DNA of 64,000 nucleotides from an uncultured Chloroflexia bacterium (GTDB lineage Bacteria; Chloroflexota; Anaerolineae; CG2-30-64-16): NCBI GenBank assembly GCA_963774265.1, contig CAVZDU010000010.1, positions 224,001 to 288,000 of the forward strand, read 5' to 3'. Shown piece by piece: positions 28,350 to 37,145 of this stretch (position 1 is its first letter; each line of letters starts with the position of its first letter). The notes under the pieces were generated by a model. It saw only the letters and a program-made list of their open reading frames with translations, ran no database searches and was not told where the DNA came from. The position numbers and the translations under genes were made by a program.

Positions 28350-29575
28350 TCAATGCCACACCAACCCTGCGACCGACACCCAGGACGTGTTCCCTTCATC
28401 CGCCGGGCACTGATCGTAAGCGACTGTCTCACCGCGTGTCACCCCCAGGAGCCGCAGTGCAAGGTATATGGGTGGCAACCCGCACACATTGTTACGATCA
28501 TCCACGGATTGTAGCGCGGCGAAAAACCCGTCCGCGTCTCCATCGGCCATCCTGGCCAAAAGCGCCTCATCCGTCCTGGCAAGCTTGGCGCGGTTGGGTG
28601 GATCGACCGGCGGGCCGCCGAAGGCGGGGCCGATGTGCGCCAGGTCAGCGGCCGCGACGACGAGGAGGTTGCGCCCCTGAGTTGCCTGGCGCAGGGCCGT
28701 AATCGCCCTTTCGATCTGCCTGTCGGCCGCCGGATCGGCGTGTCCTGCCACGAAGTGCGCGAACGAGCCACAGAGGATCGGTGCAACCTCGATTGCACGG
28801 CCTTTGCGCGCATGATGCAGCCAGACAGAGGCGAGCTCAATCGAGTGCTCCTTGCGGTGGTGCAATTCCTCCGCAAACGCCTCATCATCTCCCAGCGCAT
28901 CGGCCACCGCGTCAATCACGCTGGAGGCTGTCGGCAGCAGGCCGTAGGGCGTGGCGTAGCTCTGCCGCGTCGGTGTTATTTTCCCCGGGCCACCGCTGTG
29001 GTCCGTGCCCAAGATGATCGCCAGGTCCGCTGCCTGCGCTGCCTCTGTCGATGCACGCCAGACCGCCTGATAGACCGGTCCGCCGCCGCGCATAATCGAT
29101 GTGCGGGCTGACTACCCCGCGTACCGGCGTAGGGTCTGAAAGAAAGTACCCGTTGCTTACAGCGCGGTCATTGAAGGCCTCCAGGAAGCCCATGAGTGCC
29201 TCTGCATCTGCGGGATAGCCGCCGCCCGCAATCGTCGGCGGGCGATTTGGCGCGGAGCGGTAAGCTCTCAGGGCGCTACGCATTGCCGTCGCTGTGCGCT
29301 CGTTGTCGAGCAGGCACGCCACCTCCAGCGCCTCCACCACCTGGTTGAGCATCTGTCGGGAGATGCGAATGCCCCAACGCACACTCGAGCGCGGTGTGGA
29401 TGCCGACCAGATCGCGGGTCCCGTCACAGAGTCCTAGCAGGGGCGCCAGCGGCTGGGGTATGGCTAGCATCTGGTCCGTCAGCCCCAAGGGGTCCCGCAA
29501 AAGGAGCATGGCCTGACCGTCCTGCCGAAAAGGCTGGATGTCCAACGCACGTAGCTTCGGATACGCTTCTGTCAT
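28350..29575 (-). CDS. MEMO1 / AmmeMemoRadiSam protein B family with N-terminal extension (frameshifted near 29370 and 29090)
   Basis: PHIDY, ILGTDH, TPYG, KEHSIE, ADLAHIGPAFG and NVCG are spread over three ORFs. Confidence 0.85.
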
Positions 29576-29578
29576 GGA

Positions 29579-31937
29579 TCAATCCCCCATTGGGGTTTTG
29601 CTCAGCGAGCCGGGGGAAGGCTTAGGATTACGTTTCTTCTTTGTGCTGACCGGCCGCTCACGCAGATCGTGTTGCATGCAGAAAGAGCGAATGACATCGA
29701 GGAATTGCTCTCCGTAATGTGCTAACTTGTGTTCTCCAACGCCGGTGACCGTCAGCAAGGCCTCAGGCGAGTGCGGACGGCGAGAGACCATCTCCGCCAA
29801 CGTCCGGTCGGAGAAGATCACAAACGGTGGGACGCTTGCTTCCTTAGCCAACGCAGAACGCACTTTGCGTAACTCTTCAAAAAGGAGGCGCTCAGCGCCC
29901 GAGTCATCCACATGCGGGGAATCAGCCTGTACAGGCAACGTCGGGAGGAGGATGCGTTCATCCACCCCCGGCCCTGCGGTCCGTGACCTTCGTGCCTGTC
30001 CACCGATGCGCTTGGAGCCGGTGATCCCTCCGCTCGATAGGCAGTTGTCGCACATGGTGCACTGTTTCGTCGATATCGCTTCACTGAAGTAGTTCAGGAG
30101 GGGGACGCGGCGGCAACCGGCTGTCCTTGCATAGCGCAGCATCGCTTGGAGGCGCTCCTCTTTCCTGACGCGTTCATCCTTGGGGCCTTTGTTGATGAAG
30201 TGACGGACCTTCACGACATCCTGCATGCCCCATAGGAGAAGGCAGTCCAGCGCGAAGCCCGTCGCGGCCCGCGCGGCCGATCTCCTGGTAGTAGCTTTCC
30301 AGGTTCTTCGGCAGTGCTGCGTGCAAAATGAAGCGAACATTGGATTTGTCGATGCCCATGCCGAAGGCGATGGTTGCGACAATAATGGGTGTCTCATCGC
30401 GTGAGAAACGCCGTTGGTGCTCGCGGCGGGTGGCGTCGTCCATTCCGGCGTGATAGGGCACCGCCTGCAATCCCTCATGAGTCAATTGTTCGGTCAGGCT
30501 GTCGACGTCGTGACGTGTCTGGCAGTAGATGATGCCGGACTGGTCTTTGTGAAGGTCAAGAAACGTGAGGATCTGACTAATTCCCTGGACGCGAGGGCGC
30601 GTCTCGAGGAACAGGTTCGGCCGATTGAAGCTGGCAATAAAACGATTGGAATCCCCAAAGCCGAGGATCTTCGTGATGTCCTCTTGCACACGCTTCGTCG
30701 CGGTGGCAGTCAGCGCCAGGCACACTGCATCCGGATAGCGCTGTCGGACCGGCAGTAGATTGCGATACTCTGGGCGGAAATCATGTCCCCACGATGAGAT
30801 GCAGTGGGCCTCGTCAATGGTGATGCAGGCCACGTGCGCTTGATCGAGCATCACGAGGGTCTCGGGACGCAGAAGAGTCTCGGGCGCCATGTAGACTAGT
30901 TTGATTGCACCTCGTCGGATGGTGTCCTTTGTATTGACATAAGCATGGTAACTCATTGTGCAATTCAGGAAGGCAGCCGGAACCCCCAGCTCATGTAGCG
31001 AATCCACCTGATCTTGCATCAATGAGATGAGGGGTGATATCACGACTGTGACGCCGTCGAAGAGAAGCGCGGGCAATTGATAACACATCGACTTGCCGCC
31101 GCCGGTAGGCATGATTGCAAGCGTGTCGCGCCGCGACAGCACGTTCGCAACCACCTCGCCCTGGAGCGGTAGGAAGTCATCGTAGCCGAACACGGACTTG
31201 AGCAGGCCCCGAGCGCTACCGAACAAGGGACTTGGCCCTGATGCCCCGGAAGCCGGGACATCATCGCCGGGGATTTGCGGGTGTGGGGTCTCACGAGGAT
31301 GGGGGGGCGCCTCGTCACCCTCGAACCATCCGCTCAGCTGCAGATAGCAGCGCAGCTCCATGTCGTCTTTGTCCTCTGGACGCCACCAGTGGGCCAGGGA
31401 AACACGCACCAACGTCCCTGCAGGGATTACCTCAATCGGCTCCTGAAAGCCCACGAAGGCAAGCGTGCGTCCGCCGTCCGCAGTGAAATAGCGATAGCGG
31501 ATGCGCTTGCCCTCTTCATCTCGAACCAGGTCACGGTCCGGGCGCCAGAACAGGGTGCTGCGTGAGGGGACCCCGGACTGCTCGGCGACATACATGGCGC
31601 CTCCAGGGCTGACCTGGATTAACCCATCGTACAGCAAATCCGGTCCTCCGATGGCGGGCGGCATGACTTTCTCGATGAACCTTGTCACCCGATCTGTGGA
31701 GGCCTCCCGGAGACGGTGTTTCTGCTGCACGACGACGTTCTCGATGTGTGGCGGCTTCAGGTCCGCAGGTGGATCGCCTTCGATCTCCCACACATCGCCG
31801 ATCTGATAATCGAGGTTGAAGTGCTCGTTGCCGTCCATATCCTGGGCGATAAGACGAACGCTCTGCCCATCATCGGAAATGGCGCCAATACACGCGCCGC
31901 CCCCCATGTGCGTCTTTGCGACGACGACGACTTTCAT
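29579..31937 (-). CDS. recQ: RecQ-family helicase with N-terminal dual-OB-like domain, Zn domain and HRDC (frameshifted near 30250)
   Basis: MPTGGGKSMCYQLP, SPLISLMQDQV, IDEAHCISSWGHDFRPEY, ATIAFGMGIDK, YYQEIGRAGRDG, CRR...CTMCDNC and HRDC LFEELRKVR...PPFVIFSDRTL, with about 210 extra N-terminal residues. Confidence 0.92.
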
Positions 31938-31990
31938 GTACGCCTCTGGGAATGGAATTCATCTGTCGGAACGGAAGGATCAGCTGCCGT

Positions 31991-32476
31991 TCAAGGTATG
32001 AGATGAGTGACCTTAGTGCCAGTATCTTTCTGGAGCCGTTCGGCCAAAATGCCGCGATGGCACGCCCCCGGCAAAAGCTCGACACACAACAGAGCCACAA
32101 TATGCGCTCCTGGCCCCAAGTCAGCAACAAACTGGCAGCTGTCAAACCTGTCCAGGATCTCCTGCGTGTAACCTGCGTGAAACTGGGCGCTCAACTCCGT
32201 CCTCTTGCGCCGAGCCACCTGGGCATCATGATCGGCGGCGGCCTGCCACTTGCGGAGCGCATCCGAGGGCGAGAGATCGATGCGGTGGATGTATCTAACG
32301 CCCATCTGCGCAAGACGCGCCTGCAGACGCTTGCTGTTGGCGAAGGCATAGTCTGAGCCGCGTACCGCGCGCCGCCGGCGGATGTCAACGAGTGTGTCAA
32401 CTTTGTTGTGTTCCAGCGCGGCAAAAAACCGTTCAGCATCCCAGCCGTACACACCCACTGTGACGAACTCAGTCAT
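31991..32476 (-). CDS. DUF488-family protein
   Basis: FVTVGVYG, LVDIRR, YIH...LSP, LLCVE...ACHR; ATG at 32476 overlaps the upstream stop (ATGACTGA). Confidence 0.8.
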   Translation of the reverse strand: MTEFVTVGVYGWDAERFFAALEHNKVDTLVDIRRRRAVRGSDYAFANSKRLQARLAQMGVRYIHRIDLSPSDALRKWQAAADHDAQVARRKRTELSAQFHAGYTQEILDRFDSCQFVADLGPGAHIVALLCVELLPGACHRGILAERLQKDTGTKVTHLIP

Positions 32477-33062
32477 CCTCGACGGCCTCCGCGCCGTGCT
32501 GCTTCTTGTAGCGTTTTCGCGATCGCAACTCGGGATCACCCAACAAACTGAGTTGTCCCCCGGAACGACGGCTCAGCGCCTCCTCTTGGGTGATCATCGA
32601 GTCGTTCTCGTCAATGTGCGCGACGGGGGTGCCCAGATCGGCCAGGCTCTGGCCGATAAGCGCCGTGCGGTGGCACTGCTCAGGTTTGCCCTCACTGCAC
32701 ATTACGACCACCCGCAAGCCTTGGTCGCGTGCGTGACGGAGCCGGGCAATGCCTTCCACGAAGAGTGGGCGCTCTTTCACTCGATCGTAAATCACCTTGC
32801 CGTTCTCGTAGCACGTCGGATCATTGGGCTGGCCTCCCAGGGTCTCGCCCAAGTAGACATACCGCAGTCCGGCCTGCGTCGCCGCTTCCTTGAGAGCGTT
32901 TTTTGAGAATTCCGGTTTGAATTTTGAGTAGGGCGCAGAGCGAACATCAACCAGGTAACAAATGCGGTGGGCCTTGAGCACAGCAAAGAAGGCGTCGAGC
33001 GAGCGGGCGCCATAGCCGATCGTGAAGATGGGAATCTCGCGATCCCCGGAGAGTGGAGGCAT
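32469..33062 (-). CDS. DUF488-family protein
   Basis: IFTIGYG.RS, LVDVRSAPYS, YVYLGETLGG, MCSEGKPEQCHR, HI. Confidence 0.88.
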   Translation of the reverse strand: MPPLSGDREIPIFTIGYGARSLDAFFAVLKAHRICYLVDVRSAPYSKFKPEFSKNALKEAATQAGLRYVYLGETLGGQPNDPTCYENGKVIYDRVKERPLFVEGIARLRHARDQGLRVVVMCSEGKPEQCHRTALIGQSLADLGTPVAHIDENDSMITQEEALSRRSGGQLSLLGDPELRSRKRYKKQHGAEAVEDD

Positions 33063-33089
33063 GTTGACCAGTCAGTTCGCGTTTAGCCC

Positions 33090-33118
33090 ATCCTACACCG
33101 CGCGGCCGCGGCGCGCAA
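33090..33118 (-). promoter_or_regulatory. putative promoter of the DUF488-recQ operon
   Basis: Minus strand TTGCGC-17 nt-TAGGAT, about 28 nt before ATG 33062. Confidence 0.5.
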
Positions 33119-33169
33119 ACTGACACCCGCGCGCGGCTCTCAAGACTGGCATCTTGTTCTGGGGATGTG

Positions 33170-35527
33170 TTAGCCGAGCTTCTCCTTAACCTGGGCGAAG
33201 AGACGATCCTTCCACTGCTGTCCCCCCAACCAGTCGCTGCCTGGGCACGCGGTCTGCGTTTGCGGCAGTTCCTTGTGCCCCCTCACGTTTTCCAGGCGTA
33301 TGTTCAGCTTCTGCGTCAAGTATGCCACTAGATGCGCCGCTGCCGACATTTGAATCTCGGGAGGGGTGACGCCATCCATGAAGCGGCCGGCCAGGCAGAT
33401 ACCGACAGAGTAGGTGTTCGCAAAGCCAACGTGGAATGAGACCGACTCCAGCCGGTTGCACTGGTAGATGGTTCCGTCGGCTGTGATGTAAAAGTGATAG
33501 CCTATGCCAGGCCAGTCCTTGCTCACATGATAAGCCGCAACGTTGTGCGGAGTGATAGTGCCTGCTGCTGCGCTGTGATGGATTGCCAGCGTAGTGATGG
33601 CGCTGAGCGTACGGGTCTCGTATTTGTTCGTGATGTGTTTGGGCAATGCGTCAACGACATCTTGAATGGGTGGCGGCGCCACCCGGTCTGCCTTGGTCAG
33701 CTCAGAGATTTGCTGCTCAAGCTCGGACACCCGCCTTTGGAGGGCCTGCTTGTCAGTTTCAACGGCAGCCAACTGCGTCTTGAGCGCGGCATTGGCGCGA
33801 TCCAGGTTCTTGACCTGGAGCCCCAACCCGGCGTTCTGTGCTTGCAGAGTCTGCACCTGGCCTGCTACCGATGCCTTCTCTGTCGTTAGCTGTTTCACCT
33901 GGTCTGACAGCGTCAGGACTTGCGCCTTAAGTGCCTCAACCTCAGCATGCAGTTGGGCGATCAGTACGTCCTGTGGCGCAGTTGGTGACCCGGGCACCTT
34001 GGCAACTTGAGTCAATAGACTCTCCTTCCAGCGGGCTCCTTCAAGCCATTGAAGGCCCGGTGAGTGTGTCTCGATGAAGTCGCTCGCGCCGCGAATGGCG
34101 TCTTCCTTGAGATCGTAAAGGTCGAGAAGCCACGCACACAGACGAGCCAGGGAACCGATCTGCGCGTCGCTGGGCACATTTACATCGTAATTTCCGGCAA
34201 CGTAAATATTGAGGCCGTTGAAAATCCATGCCTGATCGCGCGCAACAACTTCGTCATCTGGATTCGTGCGCTGGATTGTGCCATCACCCGTAATGAAGAA
34301 CTGGCTCATGATTCCTGGCCATCGCTGACGCTGCGCAACGGCGACCCGGTCAGCGCCGATTCCCGGCTGTACCGCGGTGTGATTGATCACGACATACTTG
34401 ATGTCGCCGCGCGTGCGCTTGACGAATTTGGTCGCATCGCGCGGTAGCTGCTGTGTGATGTCTACGAGAGAGGGCTGTGCGACCGTGGTGCTCTCACCCG
34501 GCTTCGGTTCTGGCTGCGGTTCGATCTTCGGTTTGGCCTGCATTGAAGCCTCCCAGTTGTACTTGTGTGTGATAGCTTGGCGGAAGTCTTCGTGAAGGGC
34601 GGTCTTTCCTTCGATACCCCATCGATCGACATTTGGCCAGCGATAGAGGATGAGGGATCGGATCACCTGTGTGGTGGGCTGCCTATTCCACCAGTCGATT
34701 TCTCCGTACGCCCGCTGGATCCAGCCGCGATTCACGTTTTGCCATGCGTCGTTTTGGTCGGCTTCGGTGAGGTACACCGGCAGATGGCGCATGTTTGTCG
34801 GAATGCCGTTCATGAAGTCCTGGTAGGTGCGGAAGTTGTACTGTCGATGGCCGAATGGCGAACCCATGTAGATGTTCGTGTGGATCAGGTTAGGATCGGC
34901 GCCATGTGTGTACGCATGGATCGAGATGCCGTCACATCCGTTCGGCCCCAGGATTTTCAGCATGTCGGTCTGGTACTGCACCCAATCTCCGGTCGGGTTT
35001 CCGGCGTATGTCGTGTGTATGTTCCAGGGCGCGACAGCCCCCGTAATGACTTGGTCTGACGTGTGACCCGATAATGACTTGATTGCCGCCCGGCACAAGG
35101 CATAACAGGCAGCGTATTTTTCGGGCAGGATTATCTCGCCTTGCGATACGACGCGCGGGGGATTCGTGCTCCAATCGAGCGATACGCCAGGTCGCTCAAC
35201 TGCGAAGTTCATCTCGTTGCCGATAATCCATATATGGCAGCCCCGGGACGCGCGCACGAAGTTCGCCACACGGCGGCTGAAGTCCGAGTAGCGGCTGGCG
35301 TTGGGAATCGTGCCATTGGGCTCGTAACCGTGGTTGAGGCGTGCCATAATCCCAAAGCCTTGGTCGGCCCAGAGGGAATAGTCGGCGCCCTGCTGATTGT
35401 TTGGGTCAGCCCCCAACTCCTCGGTGAACAAGATCCATCCCAGCACACCGCGTTCGGCCATGAGATGCTCGCCGCCTGGGTCATGCAGACCATAAAGGTA
35501 CGGAGAGTCATTCAAGGGCCTGCCCAT
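33170..35527 (-). CDS. multidomain N-acetylmuramoyl-L-alanine amidase (GH-like TIM barrel, two Amidase_2-like domains, coiled coil)
   Basis: WIIGNEMN and YLTEAD (clan GH-A-like Glu pair); C-terminal HHSA, GIGYHF, HV, GHKE, TACPG; heptad-rich segment at about aa 520-615. Confidence 0.8.
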   Translation of the reverse strand: MGRPLNDSPYLYGLHDPGGEHLMAERGVLGWILFTEELGADPNNQQGADYSLWADQGFGIMARLNHGYEPNGTIPNASRYSDFSRRVANFVRASRGCHIWIIGNEMNFAVERPGVSLDWSTNPPRVVSQGEIILPEKYAACYALCRAAIKSLSGHTSDQVITGAVAPWNIHTTYAGNPTGDWVQYQTDMLKILGPNGCDGISIHAYTHGADPNLIHTNIYMGSPFGHRQYNFRTYQDFMNGIPTNMRHLPVYLTEADQNDAWQNVNRGWIQRAYGEIDWWNRQPTTQVIRSLILYRWPNVDRWGIEGKTALHEDFRQAITHKYNWEASMQAKPKIEPQPEPKPGESTTVAQPSLVDITQQLPRDATKFVKRTRGDIKYVVINHTAVQPGIGADRVAVAQRQRWPGIMSQFFITGDGTIQRTNPDDEVVARDQAWIFNGLNIYVAGNYDVNVPSDAQIGSLARLCAWLLDLYDLKEDAIRGASDFIETHSPGLQWLEGARWKESLLTQVAKVPGSPTAPQDVLIAQLHAEVEALKAQVLTLSDQVKQLTTEKASVAGQVQTLQAQNAGLGLQVKNLDRANAALKTQLAAVETDKQALQRRVSELEQQISELTKADRVAPPPIQDVVDALPKHITNKYETRTLSAITTLAIHHSAAAGTITPHNVAAYHVSKDWPGIGYHFYITADGTIYQCNRLESVSFHVGFANTYSVGICLAGRFMDGVTPPEIQMSAAAHLVAYLTQKLNIRLENVRGHKELPQTQTACPGSDWLGGQQWKDRLFAQVKEKLG

Positions 35528-35731
35528 CGTCTCCTCCTTTGTGCAGCGCGCCTGACGTCAGTGGAAAATTACAGCAGCAGATATTTGTCAACCAGTATAC
35601 ACTACATTGTTTTGCTTGTCCAGCCCCAGATATGCACTTTTCGCGTTCAGTCCAGGCATGGGTATAATGTAAAGCACCCGTGGATTGGGGCTCAAAACAC
35701 GGGGTTTGCGAATGAAGGGGGAATCCTCAAA

Positions 35732-36376
35732 GTGGATATTGATTGGTTTGGCCAGTCCTGCTTCCGATTGAAGGAAGGCAATATCACGATCGTAACTGAT
35801 CCTTACGATCGTAGTATTGGTTATACCCTGCCTAAGCTGCGAGCAGACTTCGTGACCGTCAGCCATGACGCTCCCGGGCACGCCAACGCGGCCGCGGTCA
35901 AGGGCGACCCAAAGGTGCTTTCGCGGCCAGGTGAGTACGAGATCAAAGGCGTTTTTGTGACCGGCATTCAAACGTGGCGCGGTCCAACGACCAAGGGTGA
36001 GGCGAAGGAGGAAAACACGGTCTTCGTCTTTGAGTTTGGCGACCTCACCGTGTGTCATCTTGGCGATCTGAGCAAGTTGTTGACACAAGCCCAGGTGGAG
36101 TCGATGCCCGATATTCACGTATTGCTGGTGCCGGTGGGAGGAGGCAGCGCGCTGGATGCCGACAAAGCCGCTGAAGTCATTGCACAACTTGAGCCGCGCA
36201 TTGTTATCCCGATGCACTACCAGACCCAGTACTGTACAATCAAGCTCGATCCAATAGCCAAGTTCTTGAAAGAGATGGGCGCAGCCGAGCATGAGCCCCA
36301 GGAGTCGCTACGGGTGACTCGATCGCAGTTACCCGAGGAGACGCAGGTGGTCGTGCTCGAGTGTAGGCAGGGGTAG
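35732..36376 (+). CDS. MBL-fold metallo-hydrolase (Zn-dependent, UlaG-like)
   Basis: GTG start at 35732; WFGQSCF, TDPY, VSHDAPGH, HLGDL, VPVGG, IPMHY. Confidence 0.85.
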   Translation: MDIDWFGQSCFRLKEGNITIVTDPYDRSIGYTLPKLRADFVTVSHDAPGHANAAAVKGDPKVLSRPGEYEIKGVFVTGIQTWRGPTTKGEAKEENTVFVFEFGDLTVCHLGDLSKLLTQAQVESMPDIHVLLVPVGGGSALDADKAAEVIAQLEPRIVIPMHYQTQYCTIKLDPIAKFLKEMGAAEHEPQESLRVTRSQLPEETQVVVLECRQG

Positions 36377-36383
36377 GTCGACC

Positions 36384-37112
36384 ATGAGCAGAACAGGTTT
36401 GAGTCGGGCAGGGCGCTTGCTGTCATGCCTGTTAGTCCTATTGGTTTTAGTCGCAGGCTGCGGCGGCGCTCGATCGACTGCGTCGCCTTCTGGAGGCACA
36501 GTGCTTCCACCTCAGAGCGTTGGCACACCCCCGGTGGGCGGAAATGTAGCTGCGTTGATCGCTCAGGGACAGGCCGCACTCGAAGCGGGTAGGCTTCCAG
36601 AGGCCGAGAAAGCGTTTCGGGACGCAGTGAATCTCGATTCCGGCTCTGCTAGTGCGCAGTTCGGACTGGGGAACGTGTACATTCGGCAGGGGCAATTGAC
36701 CGCCGCTGAGACTGCATTCCGGGCAGCTGTGAATAACAACCCCAACATGAGTTCAGCCCATCTCAATCTGGGGGTGGTCTATTATCAGATGGAGCAGCTG
36801 AGTAAGGCAGATGAGGAATTCAGCGCGGTCCTGCGGCTCGATCCGAACGACGCCCAGGCCCTGTATTTGCTGGCTGCTGTCCGGATACAGAACAAACAGT
36901 TCGCTGAAGCCGAGAAGCTGCTGAACCAGGCAAAGCTGGCCCAGCCTGATCTGGCTGAGGTATACTACGGCCTCGGTGCGCTGTACAAACTTCAGGGGAA
37001 AAACTCCGAGGCTATCGCCGCATTCGAGAAGTTTCTCTCACTTGGTACTGCGCAGGATCCAAACGCGCAGGATGCGGCCCGTGCTGAACTGAAGGTCCTG
37101 AAGGGAAAATAG
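36384..37112 (+). CDS. TPR-repeat lipoprotein
   Basis: Lipobox VAGC; repeated TPR patterns (AQFGLGNVY, AHLNLGVVY, VYYGLGALY). Confidence 0.88.
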   Translation: MSRTGLSRAGRLLSCLLVLLVLVAGCGGARSTASPSGGTVLPPQSVGTPPVGGNVAALIAQGQAALEAGRLPEAEKAFRDAVNLDSGSASAQFGLGNVYIRQGQLTAAETAFRAAVNNNPNMSSAHLNLGVVYYQMEQLSKADEEFSAVLRLDPNDAQALYLLAAVRIQNKQFAEAEKLLNQAKLAQPDLAEVYYGLGALYKLQGKNSEAIAAFEKFLSLGTAQDPNAQDAARAELKVLKGK

Positions 37113-37145
37113 CACGACAGGCCGACGATTTGTTCTGCTCGAGAT

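Noticed and set aside
33063-33080. Possible LexA box before the DUF488 operon (GAAC-TGACT-GGTC on the minus strand)
   Set aside because: The spacer is 5 nt and one half-site mismatches the GAAC-N4-GTTC consensus, so it is too weak to call.
35141-35731. N-terminal extensions of ORF-track calls (MBL 35141, mutY 19267, MFS 20851, ychF 51267, VKOR 56100, GT-B 9537)
   Set aside because: They overlap neighbouring genes or promoter regions and lack family similarity. Downstream starts fit the family N-termini better.
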